DNA of 64,000 bases from Desulfarculus sp. GTDB lineage: Bacteria; Desulfobacterota; Desulfarculia; Desulfarculales; Desulfarculaceae. The stretch is taken from assembly GCA_016208115.1 (NCBI GenBank), contig JACQYR010000168.1, positions 1,440 through 65,439 on the forward strand. Direction: 5' to 3'. Position 1 is the first letter of the stretch; each line of letters starts with the position of its first letter. Shown here piece by piece: positions 1 through 10,073 of this stretch. The notes below the pieces were generated by a model. The model was not told the DNA's origin, did no database searches, and worked only from the letters and a program-made list of their open reading frames with translations. The position numbers and the translations under genes are program-made.

Positions 1-81
1 GGTCAGACAGACGTCCGCCCACTTGGGGTCCACGCGGAGCTTGCTCTCGCGCTTGCCCAGTTTCAATGGCTCTTGGCTCAT
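1..81 (-). CDS. 5' end of a probable 4Fe-4S (HdrC-like) protein, runs off the window edge
   Basis: ATG at 81 with AAGGGGAG SD; reads MSQEPLKLGKRESKLRVDPKWADVCLT, probably the start of a CxxCxxC motif; lies downstream of the hdrA-flx cluster. Confidence 0.45.
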   Translation of the reverse strand, partial: MSQEPLKLGKRESKLRVDPKWADVCLT

Positions 82-229
82 GTTCGTCTCCCCTTGATTT
101 GGAGCCTTAGGGATGCCGTCGGCCCGCACACCTTGACATCCCGGTTCTTCGCTTGGGGCCCCGGCCTTGGCTGGGGGCAATAGACAATCCTATATCACAA
201 TTGTGCCATCGGGCAATACTAGCGGATGG

Positions 230-1069
230 CTAGTACTCCCTGGGCAGCTTATCGAGCTGGGTCTTGGTGAAGACGGGTCCGTCCTTGCAGACGTACTCTG
301 GTCCGACGTTGCAACGGCCGCAGATGCCGATGCCGCACTTCATGCGGTTTTCCAGGCTCATGATGATCTGGTCGGATTGCCAGCCCAGCTTGTCGAAGAC
401 CGGCTGGGTGAACTTGATCATGATGGGCGGGCCGCAGATGAGCGCGATGGCGTTGTCGGGCTTGGGCGCCACGTCGCCGGTGACCGTGGGCACGAAGCCG
501 ACCAGGCCGGACCAGCCCGGGGCCTCGCGGTCCACGGTGACGCAGACCTTGGCCTGGCCGCTGTTCTGCCAGGCGGTCCACTCCTGGGTGTAGAGCAGCA
601 TGCCCGGGGTGCGCGCGCCGTAGATGAAGGTGATCTCGCCGTAGTCGCCCCGGTGGTCGGGGTGCAACAGCCAATTCATGGTGGAGCGCAGGGTGGTCAC
701 GGCGAAGCCGCCGGCCACGATGACGATGTTCTTGCCCTTGGCGGCCCGCAGGGGATAGCTGTTGCCCAAGGGGCCGCGCACGCCCATGATGTCGCCGGCC
801 TTCATGTTGTGCAGCCGGGAACTGACCGAGCCCACCTTGTTGACCGTGAACAACAGGTCGCGCCCCTCGGTGGGGCTACTGGCGATGCCGATGGGTATCT
901 CGCCGTAGCCGCTGATGGATAGCTCGGCGAACTGGCCAGGGGTGTAGTTGAAGGCGCTGGCGTCCTCGCTGTTGAGGAACTGGAGCCAGAAGGACTTGAG
1001 CTGCTTGTCCTCGGTCTCCACCCGCACTTCCTTGATGCTCACCGGGTAGGGGACGTAGGTATTTCTCAT
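230..1069 (-). CDS. flxA: FAD/NAD(P)-binding oxidoreductase subunit (FlxA/AsrB/HydG-like)
   Basis: PGQF, RGPLGN, VAGG, ICGPPIM and C-terminal MKCGIGICGRC...VCKDGPVF [2Fe-2S] motifs; last gene of hdrA-mvhD-FeS-FeS cluster. Confidence 0.85.
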   Translation of the reverse strand: MRNTYVPYPVSIKEVRVETEDKQLKSFWLQFLNSEDASAFNYTPGQFAELSISGYGEIPIGIASSPTEGRDLLFTVNKVGSVSSRLHNMKAGDIMGVRGPLGNSYPLRAAKGKNIVIVAGGFAVTTLRSTMNWLLHPDHRGDYGEITFIYGARTPGMLLYTQEWTAWQNSGQAKVCVTVDREAPGWSGLVGFVPTVTGDVAPKPDNAIALICGPPIMIKFTQPVFDKLGWQSDQIIMSLENRMKCGIGICGRCNVGPEYVCKDGPVFTKTQLDKLPREY

Positions 1070-1085
1070 TTGCTCCCTCCCCGTC

Positions 1086-2114
1086 CTAAGCGTTCATGTC
1101 GTTGACGACCTGGCGGACGTCAATGTTAACCGGGCAGAGCCGCACGCAGCGGCCGCAGCCCACGCAGCCGATCTCGCCGCCGCGCTTGACCGGGATGTAC
1201 TTGAACTTGTGCATGAAGCGCTGGCGCACCCGGTCCTTCTTGGTGCCGCGCGGGTTGTGGCCGGTGCCGTGCATGGTGAACAGCCAACTCATGCAGTAGT
1301 CCCAGTTGCGCACCCGGCGGCCATCCTGGCCCTGGGTCTCGTCCTGGATGTCGAAGCAGTGGCAGGTGGGGCAGCAGAAGGTGCAGGTGCCGCAGTTCAG
1401 GCAGCTCTCCATGACTCGGTCCCACAGGGGCGCGTCGTAGAGCTCCATGACCTCGCGGCTGTTGACCTTGTCCATGGCCACCCCGCCACTGATCTTGCCC
1501 TCGGCGGCTTTTTTCAGCTCAGCCGCCTTGGCCTCGTCGCCACCAGCAGCCGCCGGCAGGTCCCCCACCAGGGCCTCGCCCTTGGCGGTCAGCGCCTGGG
1601 CCAGGAACTTATCACCCAGGTCCACCAAGAGCACGTCCAGGCCGGTGGTGCCATGGGGGTTGCTGCCCACCGTGGTGCAGAAGCAGGTGGGGCAGGGGTC
1701 GTTGCAGGCCAGGCCGATCAGCGTGGTCTTCTCGCGCTTGTCGCGCCAGTACAGGTCGTTGGTCATCTCGTCCTGCACGAAGATCAGGTCCAAAACCTGG
1801 AAGGCCTTGGCGTCGCACGGACGGATGTTCAGGAGCACCCGCGGCCGATTGAGCGCGGGTTCCGCTTGCATGATCATGCCCTGGGGGTCGCCCTGGACAT
1901 TCTTGAAGCGCATCATGCACTCGGTCTGGGGGAAGAAGAAGTCCTTGGGGCTCATCTCGGTGTTGGAGAAGTCCCAAAGCGCCTGGTCGGCCGTGGCCAC
2001 CGGGGCCCAGCCCACCTTGCCGTCCTTCATGACCGGCGCGAACAAATCCTGATCGCGGCAAAGGCCCTGGAGGAAGGCATCCAGCTTGTTTTTGGCCAAT
2101 ATCTTTTGCGACAT
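1086..2114 (-). CDS. flxB: 4Fe-4S dicluster protein (FlxB/AsrA-like)
   Basis: RPCD, CxxCFC, CLNCGTCTFCCPTCHCF, RxRQRFMHKF, CVGCGRCVRLCP motifs. Confidence 0.85.
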   Translation of the reverse strand: MSQKILAKNKLDAFLQGLCRDQDLFAPVMKDGKVGWAPVATADQALWDFSNTEMSPKDFFFPQTECMMRFKNVQGDPQGMIMQAEPALNRPRVLLNIRPCDAKAFQVLDLIFVQDEMTNDLYWRDKREKTTLIGLACNDPCPTCFCTTVGSNPHGTTGLDVLLVDLGDKFLAQALTAKGEALVGDLPAAAGGDEAKAAELKKAAEGKISGGVAMDKVNSREVMELYDAPLWDRVMESCLNCGTCTFCCPTCHCFDIQDETQGQDGRRVRNWDYCMSWLFTMHGTGHNPRGTKKDRVRQRFMHKFKYIPVKRGGEIGCVGCGRCVRLCPVNIDVRQVVNDMNA

Positions 2115-2125
2115 GGTCCGCCTTC

Positions 2126-3076
2126 CTACTTGATGAAGTCCTGGGGGTCGTTGGGCTTGAACAGCGACATGGGCGGCTGGGCGCCTATCTCCATGCCGGG
2201 GCGGTAGCCGTAGAGCGCCCGGATGTCTTTTTCAATCTTGCTGGTCAGCCGCCGCATCTTGATGCCCTGGGGGCAGGCGCTCTCGCAGGCCCCGCAGTCG
2301 GTGCAGCGGCCGGCGCAGTGGAAGGCCCGCAGGATGTGGAAGGTGGCCACGTCGGCCTCGTCCTGGGTCTTGCCGCACCACTGGGGCTGGGCCTCGTCCA
2401 CGAAGCAGACGTGGCAGTAGCACAGGGGGCAGGCGTCGCGGCAGGCGTAGCAGCGGATGCAGTCCTTGAGCGTCTCCTGCATCTCGGTCCAGCGCTCGGC
2501 CGGAACAAGCTTCTCCCAGGGCGCGGCCACCTTGTCTATGTTGCCGCCGTGGCCCTCGGGGCCAACCTCGCCGATCATCTCGTCGCTGATGACCGGGTTC
2601 CTTTGCACGCAGGTCAGGCAGTTGGAGCGAAACACCTTCTTGCGCTCCAGGCGCTCTTCGAAGCCCTGACCCTTGACCAGGAGGTGCTCCGGCTCCTCGA
2701 TCACCTCGGTGATGGTCTTACCGGGGAACAGGGCCTGCACCTTGCGCCGGTCCACCATGCCCGGGCTGTTGACGCCGATGACGTAGAGATCATCGCGCTT
2801 GAACTGGTTTTCGTTGATGAGGTTGACCAGGTTGCGGCTCACGCAGCCCTGGGCCACCACCGCCATGCGGCCGGGCCGCCGGATGGTGTAGAGCGCCAGG
2901 TTGTTGCAGCAGAAGCTACTCCATGTCAGGTTCTCGGCCTCCTCGGGCGTGTAGGCGAAGTAGGGGTACTCGCGCATCGGCACCGTGCCCTTGGCATAGC
3001 CGATCACCACGTCAACCTTGCCCTCACTAAGTAGCCTTTTGGCCGCCTCGCGGATTTTTTGTGCGATAGCTTCCAT
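2126..3076 (-). CDS. flxC: 4Fe-4S dicluster protein (FlxC/FdhB-like)
   Basis: CIRCYACRDACPLCYC and HCAGRCTDCGACESACP motifs; cluster position. Confidence 0.8.
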   Translation of the reverse strand: MEAIAQKIREAAKRLLSEGKVDVVIGYAKGTVPMREYPYFAYTPEEAENLTWSSFCCNNLALYTIRRPGRMAVVAQGCVSRNLVNLINENQFKRDDLYVIGVNSPGMVDRRKVQALFPGKTITEVIEEPEHLLVKGQGFEERLERKKVFRSNCLTCVQRNPVISDEMIGEVGPEGHGGNIDKVAAPWEKLVPAERWTEMQETLKDCIRCYACRDACPLCYCHVCFVDEAQPQWCGKTQDEADVATFHILRAFHCAGRCTDCGACESACPQGIKMRRLTSKIEKDIRALYGYRPGMEIGAQPPMSLFKPNDPQDFIK

Positions 3077-3516
3077 CAGGCCACCTTCCTGATGTCTTTA
3101 ATCATGTGCTGGGCCGGTCCCAGGGCCTTGACGTCCTCGGTGACCGCGGCCACGGTCTTTTGGAACTTCTCGGCCTCGGCCGAGGAGATCCAGGAGAAGT
3201 GCAGACGGCCGGGCTCTATGCCCACGTACTCCAGCAGGTTTTTCAGGACGGCGAACCGCCGCCGGGCGAACATGTTGCCAGCTATATAGTGGCAGTCGCC
3301 CGGGTGTCAGCCGGAGACCCAGACGCCGTCAACCCCTTTGCGGAAGGCGGCCAGGATGAACTTGGGGCTCATGCGGCCGGTGCAGGGGATGCGGATGACC
3401 TGGATGTTGGGCGGATACTGCAAGCGGCTGACGCCGGCCAGGTCCGCGGCTCCATAGGAGCACCAGTTGCACAAGAAGGCCGCTATGCGCGGCGAGAACT
3501 CTGCATTTTCACTCAT
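3076..3516 (-). CDS. flxD: MvhD/FlxD [2Fe-2S] subunit, selenocysteine-containing (146 aa)
   Basis: ORFs 3307-3516 and 3076-3273 are in one frame joined by TGA at 3307-3309: [23 protein letters not shown], matching the MvhD GCHPGDCHY motif; N-terminal [12 protein letters not shown]. Confidence 0.9.
3262..3303 (-). promoter_or_regulatory. Candidate bacterial SECIS hairpin of flxD
   Basis: Directly 3' of the UGA: CCGGGCGA/UCGCCCGG lower stem and UGCCA/UGGCA upper stem. Confidence 0.6.
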
Positions 3517-3568
3517 GGGCTTACCCCGTAGTATCGTTTAGGGTCAGGCTCGCCGGCCGTTATCGGCC

Positions 3569-6500
3569 CTAGAGCATGGCCTCGATTTGAGCCATGACAT
3601 CCTGGGTGGTGAAGCCGCGCAGGTTGGGAGCGCCCGAGCGGCAGGAGGCCACGCAGGTGCCGCAACCCTTGCACAGGGCCTCGTTGACCACGGCCAGGCC
3701 CTTGTCATCCTGGGTGATGGCCTGGTAGGGGCAGACCGTCCAGCACACCCCGCAGCCCACGCACTTCCTCTGGTCTATGAAAGCCACCGTGCCCGAGAGC
3801 GACATCTCGGCGCTGCTTAGCACCGTCACCGCCCGGCTCACCGCGGCCAAGGCCTGGGCCACCGCCTCCTCCAGCGGCTTGGGATAGTGGGCCAGGCCGG
3901 CCATGAACACGCCGTCGGTGGCGAAGTCCACCGGCCGTAGCTTCTGGTGGGCCTCCAGGAACCAGCCGTCCTCGTCCAGGGGCACCTTGAACATCTGGGC
4001 CAGCTCGGTGTTCTTGTGGCTGACGATGGCCGAGGCCAGGCCCACCAGGTCGGCGTCTATGAGCAGGTCGCGGCCCAGGATGTGGTCGCGCACCGTGACC
4101 GTGAGCTTGTCGCCGTCCTTCTTTACCACCGGCTTCTGGTTGACATCGTAGCGCACGAAGAGCACGCCCTTGGCGCGGGCTTCCTTGTAGAGAAGCTCGC
4201 GCTCGGCGAAGGTGCGCATGTCGCGGTAGATGATGACCACCTGGCAGTCGGGGTTGTGCTCCTTGAGGTGCAGGGCGCTTTCCACCGAGTGGGTACAGCA
4301 GACCTTGGAGCAGTAGGGCCGCTCGGGCTCGCGGGAGCCCACGCACTGGATGAAGACCGCGCTGTTCACCTTCTTGGCGTCCAGCTCGCCGTTCATCATG
4401 GCCGCGTCAATCTGTAGATGGGTCATGACCCGGGGGTCCTGGCCGTACATGTACTCGCTGGGCTGGTACTCCTGCCCGCCGATGGCGATGATGGCCCCGC
4501 CGTGCTCCACCACCGTCTCGCCGGCCGGGCCGGCCAGGGTGGTCTTGAAGTTGCCCACGAAGCCTTCCACATCCTTGAGGGAGGTGGCCAGGTGGGTGGT
4601 GATGAGCGGGTTGTCCATCACCTTCTTGGCCAGGCCGTCCAGGTAGGGCTGGACCTCCTCGCCCTGGGCGGTGATGCGCAACAGGCGGGCGTTGCCGCCC
4701 AACTGGGCGTCGCGCTCCACCAGGTGGGTGGTGAAGCCCTGGCCGGCCAGTTCCAGGGCCGCGTTCATGCCGGCCACGCCGCCGCCGATGACCATGGCCG
4801 CCGGGTTGACCGACAGCTTGACTTCGTTCAAGGGTTGCAGCAGGGCCACCTTGGCCACGGCCATGCGCACCAGGTCCTTGGCCTTTTCCGTGGCCTTCTC
4901 GGGTTCGGCGGCGTGCACCCAGGAGTCCTGGTTGCGGATGTTGGCCATGTCGAAGAGGTACTTGTTGAGCCCTGCCGCCTGCAAGGTCTCCTGGAACAGG
5001 GGCTCGTGGGTGCGCGGCGTGCAGGCGGCCACCACCACGCGGTTGAGGCCCTTTTCCTTGATGGTCTGGGCCATCTTGTCCTGGGTGTCCTGGGAGCAGG
5101 AGAAGAGGTTGTTCTCCACGAACTCCACGAAGGGCAGGGTCTTGGCGTAGTCCACCACGGCCTTCACATCCACCATGCTGGCGATGTTGATGCCGCAGGA
5201 GCACACAAACACGCCCACCTTGGGCACCTCGCCGCGCACGTCCACGGCCTGGGGAACTTCCTTGGTCTGTGCCAGGGTGCCGCGGGCGGAGCTGAGCTTG
5301 CCCGCCGCCGCGCAGGCCGCCGCGGACGCCTCCACCACCGACAGGGGGATGTCCTTGGGGCCGGCCAGGGCGCCGCAGACATACACGCCGGGCCGGTTGC
5401 TGGACACCGGGGCGAAGGAGGTGGTCTTGACGAACTGGGTGGACTTGAGCTCGATGCCCAGCTTGTTCGCCAACTCGATGCTGCTCTTGGCCACCTCCAG
5501 GCCGTGGGAGAGCACCACCATGTCGAAGACCTCGGTCTTGGCCTGGCCGTCCTCGGTGGCGTACTCGATCATCAGCGACTTGTCGGGCTGCTCGGTGATG
5601 GTGTGGATGCGGCTACGAATGAAGCGCACGCCGGAGGTCTTGGCCTTCTCGTAGTACTTCTCGAAGTCCTTGCCAAAGGTGCGCATGTCCATGAAGAAGA
5701 TGGCGGCGTCCAGCCCGGAGTGGCTGTGCTCCTTGGCGATAGCCGCCTCCTTGATGGCGTACATGCAGCACACGCTTGAGCAGTAGGGGTGGTCGCAGGT
5801 GTTGACGTCGCGGCTGCCCACGCACTGCAACCAGGCGATCTTCTTGGGCTCCTTTTCGTCGCTGGGGCGCACCAGGTGGCCCATCCAGGGGCCGCTGGCC
5901 GCCAGGATGCGCTCCATCTCCAGGGCCGTGACCACGTTCTTGTACTTGGAGTAGGAGTACTGCACGTAGGCGCTGGGGTCGAAGGGCTTAAAGCCCGCCG
6001 AGATGATGACCGAGCCCACCTGGATGTCGCGGGTGGTCTCCGTGTCCTCGTAGTTGACCGCGCCGGTGGGGCACTGCTTCTCGCAGTTGCCGCACTTGCC
6101 CTTGGTCAGCTTGATGCACTTGGCGGGATCAATGCCGTACTTCAGCGGCACCGCCTGGGCGTAGCGCACGTAGATGGCCTTGCGCTTGTCCAGGCCCTCG
6201 TTGTAGTCGTTGCTAACCTTGGCGGGGCATTTGGGGGTGCAGGCGCCGCAGGCGATGCACTTGCTGGTGTCCACGTAGCGGGGGTGGGTTACCACCTTGA
6301 CCGTGAAGTCGCCCTCGTCGCCCGCGATGTCCGCCACCTCGGAGAGGGTCAGGAGCTCGATGTTGATGTGCCGGCCGACCTCGACCAGCTTGGGGGAGAT
6401 GATTCACATGGCGCAGTCATTGGTGGGGAAGGTCTTGTCCAACTGGGACATGACCCCACCAATGGCCGGCCCTTTTTCAACCATGTAGACATAGTAGCCG

Positions 6501-6589
6501 GAGTTGGCCAGGTCCAGGGCGGCTTGCATGCCTGCAATGCCACCCCCGACCACCATCACCGCGCCAGTCACTTTCTTGCCTGCTGCCAT
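3569..6589 (-). CDS. hdrA: Large heterodisulfide reductase subunit A (about 1006 aa, two HdrA-like modules), selenocysteine-containing
   Basis: ORFs 6404-6589 and 3569-6337 join through TGA at 6404-6406: DKTFPTNDCAM-U-IISPKLVEVGRH (HdrA DCxxC motif); GGGIAG FAD motifs, two QCVGSR...YCSxVCC motifs, ferredoxin motifs. Confidence 0.92.
6370..6389 (-). promoter_or_regulatory. Candidate SECIS hairpin of hdrA
   Basis: GCUGGUC-GAGGUC-GGCCGGC stem-loop starting 14 nt 3' of the UGA, with G at the start of the loop. Confidence 0.55.
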
Positions 6590-6790
6590 GGGCGCTACCT
6601 CGCGCTGGGTGTGGGGGGAGCAAACACACGCAAATCACCTATTTTTCAGGAATATCCTAGGCGATTTGTCTCCTATTGCACAAGTCTCTACCTTGTATAC
6701 TTGAAAATTCGCGCTGTCAAGGCTTTCTGTTGCCCATTTCCACCGGTGAATGAGGATTCATTTATCGGTATTATCTGTTTTGCCGATATG

Positions 6791-7336
6791 TTATGCCGGG
6801 CGGCTCACCACGGCGTCGCCGGGCGCTCCAGACTCGGCCAGCACCACGTCAATCACCTGCCCCGCCTGTGGCGACACCCTGGCCCCCACGTAATCGGGCT
6901 GGATGGGCAGCTCGCGCTGGCCGCGGTCAATCAGCGCCAGAAGCTCGATGCGCTGGGGCCGTCCGAAGTCAATCAGGGCGTCCAAGGCGGCCCGGATGGT
7001 GCGGCCGGTGTAGATGACGTCGTCCACCAGCACCACCACCCGGTCGTCAATGGGGAACTCGATCTCGGTCTTGCCCACCTTGGGCCGGCTGTGCAGGCGG
7101 GTCCAGTCGTCGCGGTACAGGGTGATGTCCATCACCCCGGTGTCCGGGGCGCGGCCAGCCAGGGCGGCCAGGTGGCCGCGCAGGCGGTAAGCCAGGTGGG
7201 CCCCGCCGGTGCGGATGCCCACCAGGGCCACTTCGCCCAGGTTGGGGTGGCGTTGCAGCAGGGCCTGGGCCAAGTCGTCCAGCATTTGCCGGACCTGGAC
7301 GGCCGCGAAAATGGTGCCAACCTCCTGGACGTCCAT
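6791..7336 (-). CDS. pyrR: Bifunctional pyrimidine regulator PyrR / uracil phosphoribosyltransferase
   Basis: GIRTGG, DITLYRDD, VVLVDDVIYTGRTIRAALDAL, DRGQRELPIQPDYVG. Confidence 0.92.
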   Translation of the reverse strand: MDVQEVGTIFAAVQVRQMLDDLAQALLQRHPNLGEVALVGIRTGGAHLAYRLRGHLAALAGRAPDTGVMDITLYRDDWTRLHSRPKVGKTEIEFPIDDRVVVLVDDVIYTGRTIRAALDALIDFGRPQRIELLALIDRGQRELPIQPDYVGARVSPQAGQVIDVVLAESGAPGDAVVSRPA

Positions 7337-7505
7337 GGGCGCTCCTGGGTGGGCCGGTTAGGTCTTAAGGTTGTGAAGAAAGTCTTTTATAACCTGGGCA
7401 GATGGCGCTTACAAGCATTTTCCGCCAGCGGGCAAGCCGCCCCCGCGCACAATCCGCCAGTCAGGGCTTGACCGGCGCCCATTTGCCAACTATAAATGCC
7501 CCAGG

Positions 7506-7593
7506 GCCGGAGTGGCGGAATTGGTAGACGCAGGGGACTCAAAATCCCCCACTCCTTGCGGGTATGAGAGTTCGAGTCTCTCCTCCGGCACCA
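7506..7593 (+). tRNA. tRNA-Leu (anticodon CAA), long variable arm, CCA encoded
   Basis: Acceptor GCCGGAG/CTCCGGC-A-CCA; D-arm GGCGGAATTGGTAGAC; anticodon arm GGGGA-CTCAAAA-TCCCC; T-loop GTTCGAGT. Confidence 0.95.
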
Positions 7594-7594
7594 A
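7534..7594 (+). repeat. att core copy 1 (3' part of tRNA-Leu; attL of the satellite-like element)
   Basis: 61 bp identical to 16485-16545. Confidence 0.9.
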
Positions 7595-7617
7595 AGATAA
7601 CAAGTAGTTATGTGATT

Positions 7618-7648
7618 AGGGCTGGCGGTTACGCCGGCCCTCTTTTTT
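7618..7648 (+). terminator. Intrinsic terminator downstream of tRNA-Leu
   Basis: AGGGCTGGCG-GTTA-CGCCGGCCCT followed by CTTTTTT. Confidence 0.75.
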
Positions 7649-7662
7649 GTCCCCGCCGATTT

Positions 7663-7686
7663 TGTGCCACACCTGTGCCACATTTT
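7663..7686 (+). repeat. Probable integrase arm-type binding sites (TGTGCCACA x2, 11-bp period)
   Basis: 24-mer TGTGCCACACCTGTGCCACATTTT is identical at 16348-16371; both copies lie just inside the att repeats. Confidence 0.7.
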
Positions 7687-7870
7687 TTCGTGAAGCAGGG
7701 TGAGGATGGCCCGAGTACCTCCGTCCTCAGACTGGGGCATCACGACGGGGCGTGAGGGAAAGCGTCATGGCCCAGGGATGGATATGGCCAGTCGGTCCGG
7801 GTTGGCGCGTCGTCTCCGTTGACTCTGGAACCCACCACTTGCTAAGGTCAGAAGCAGGAAGGGGGGCGAT

Positions 7871-8551
7871 ATGCTGCAATGGCTTAAGGACAAAATAGCT
7901 GGCGGCCCTCAACCGAAGGCCGCCGTGGCGCTGGCGGGAGTTACCTACAACAACCCCGATGGAGTGAGCCGACAAGAGATTCTAGCCCGTATGCAGCAGT
8001 GGGAGACGGTGGACTTGGTGCGCGAACCGAGCAACCCCCACGACAAGGATGCAATCGCCGTGGTCGGGGGCATGGGGCAGATAGGTTGGGTTACAAAGAA
8101 CATGTCGGGGATTATTGCCGAACCTCTGGACGCGGGGTGCTCGGTCTTGGCCAAGCTCGCCTCACTCGGAGGAGGAGGAGATAAGCCTTACGGCGGGAAA
8201 CTGGAAATCCACCTCACACCCCCGCCGGGGGCGGTCAGCCTCCATGCCAGGGTGGTCGGCATCACGGGCAAGGACAGTCAGGGGAACTCCCGGCGGGAAT
8301 TGGCCGAGTACGGGACACGTGCGGGGCAGTTGGTGCTTCTGGGGTTGGATTACGAGGCGGATTGGGAAAATTCCCAAGTCACCGTTGACATAGCCGGTGA
8401 TAACCTTGGCCGCCTCGGCAAGAAGGATGCGGCCATAGTCGCTCCTATGTTGGAAGAGGGCTTTTACATTTTCGCCTCTATTTTCAAGACGGAAATGCAG
8501 GACGATAAGCCCAAGGTTACTGTTGCCATTGTGGGATGGAAATCACGTTAA
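7871..8551 (+). CDS. Protein with two tandem HIRAN-like domains
   Basis: LAGVTY...LVREPSNPHDKDAIAV...QIGWV; second, diverged copy VVGITG...LGLDYEADWENSQVTV...LGRLGK; AAGGGGG SD. Confidence 0.75.
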   Translation: MLQWLKDKIAGGPQPKAAVALAGVTYNNPDGVSRQEILARMQQWETVDLVREPSNPHDKDAIAVVGGMGQIGWVTKNMSGIIAEPLDAGCSVLAKLASLGGGGDKPYGGKLEIHLTPPPGAVSLHARVVGITGKDSQGNSRRELAEYGTRAGQLVLLGLDYEADWENSQVTVDIAGDNLGRLGKKDAAIVAPMLEEGFYIFASIFKTEMQDDKPKVTVAIVGWKSR

Positions 8552-8612
8552 ATACATTGCTTATTTTTGCGGAGATATCCTTATCAGGATTGATGGTCGG
8601 ATGTTAACGATG

Positions 8613-8944
8613 TTAAGGGGTGGGCATTTTGTTTAGTTCTCGGCAAACAGTAGCGCACTAATCGGGAGAGCGGCCAGCGGATTGCGCCAAAGCATGAGAT
8701 TGCATTCCACCGGTTAGGGTTGGCAGATAAGTCCTTTTATCCGGCCCCGTGAAGGTCCTGTCAAACCAAGCTCCCACCTGGCTTGAAAATTGTTGAGTCC
8801 CTGGGCACCCGCACGCCGAAGCTCTGCCCAAAATCATGCATATGTTGTCAGTTTATCTATGTCACTTGCAGATGCGGCCTTTGCTGTAGAAGGTAAAAAG
8901 CAAAGGGTACTTGCTGCGCACGCAATCAAAACAACCTTTTTCAT
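8613..8944 (-). pseudogene. Disrupted small secreted protein (frameshift and internal stop)
   Basis: Signal peptide MKKVVLIACAASTLCFLPSTAKA...DKLTTYA stops at 8834; a shifted frame continues ILGRASACG...VGAWFDRTF...SPD*CATVC. Confidence 0.4.
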
Positions 8945-9242
8945 GCCCTTCCCCTCGGCTAAAAAATCCTGCGCTGACTGGCAGTTATCACAATGAGCTT
9001 GCGTCATGACTTCTTTCCTGGAAAGCCCCACGGTTAGTATGGGAAACCGGCGGTTAAAAGAGCCCCAACTGCCTTGCCACCACTGACCCCCTTTTCCCTA
9101 TTCACTGGCATGGTGCGTACTGTCCCTTTCGTTTGGCAATGAGGGCAGATAAGCACCTCATTAACTAGTCCCCATCTTTTTATAATATTTTTGCATCCAT
9201 TTTTTCTTCCACCCTACCGAACAGGTATGGTTGGTTGGCGCT

Positions 9243-9464
9243 CTACGAATCACCCTGGATTTCCTGCAAAATCATCGTCGCCACCAAAGCCAAAAGATGT
9301 TTTGCGGCACCCGCAACCTTCATAGCTCCATCTTCTCCACCTTCGGCGGCATTGAGATGAAACGGCACATCGAATGACACCTTACAGAAGTCAGGATATT
9401 CTACGTGTAGCCATACAGTAATCATGTCACCATTGCGCTCAACTTTCGTGAAGTTAATTGCCAT
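9243..9464 (-). CDS. Hypothetical protein (lower-GC cargo)
   Basis: MAINFTKVERNG... with GGAGGCAGGGGA SD; no family recognised. Confidence 0.5.
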   Translation of the reverse strand: MAINFTKVERNGDMITVWLHVEYPDFCKVSFDVPFHLNAAEGGEDGAMKVAGAAKHLLALVATMILQEIQGDS

Positions 9465-9715
9465 TCCCCTGCCTCCCGTGCCAGGCTTCCGGGCGTAAAC
9501 TGTACCACCCGGGATTAAATGTCTGTTGCAATAGCATAGACCACTAACGGCAGCCATCATTGACTTCACGGGGGCAGACCGGGCTCCAAGATGAAATATT
9601 CAATGCAGAATAGGCGGCAGGCCACCCAACTTTCGTCATAACAGCACAGCCCAGGCCCGCTTGGCAAGGCCGTGGTGAATATTTCATCAATTCTGGCAGC
9701 GGGAGGGACTGGGGC

Positions 9716-10030
9716 CTACTCCGGTCCCCCGGCGGATGCTCCAGAGATTCGCCACCCCACTCCTCATTGCGGCAGAGAGGTAATTTCAGGGACCACGCCG
9801 GTCCTGGGATGTGGCTGGCGGAGATTGAAGGGGGCTCGTCCCGCTGCCCGAATCCGAGAAATTTCGGGGCAAAAATTCCGAGAAACTACGCGCGAAGATG
9901 GCCCACACCGGTCCCGTATAGGGGGCTCCAGAGATCGGCCCCCCATTGGGGGGTGGCGAAAAGTTGTCCGATTTCGAGCGAGAGAGAGAAGGCTTGGCCA
10001 CACCGGTCCTGGTATGGGACCGCCAGAGAT
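9716..10030. repeat. Four dispersed bipartite repeats C(C/T)ACnCCGGTCC-N14-C(A/G)GAGAT
   Basis: Copies start at 9716, 9793, 9903 and 9998; each has exactly 14 nt between the two boxes. Confidence 0.8.
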
Positions 10031-10073
10031 TGAGCCCCCCATGGGGGCCGACCACCACACCGCACGCCCCCGC

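Noticed and set aside
3307-6406. hdrA and flxD as nonsense pseudogenes
   Set aside because: Both TGAs fall on conserved Cys positions with downstream hairpins and intact frames, which fits selenocysteine.
7337-7500. PyrR-binding attenuator upstream of pyrR
   Set aside because: No recognisable PyrR-binding loop or terminator/antiterminator pair seen.
9716-10030. CRISPR array
   Set aside because: Repeats are degenerate and bipartite with irregular spacing, and there are no cas genes; kept as binding-site-like repeats.
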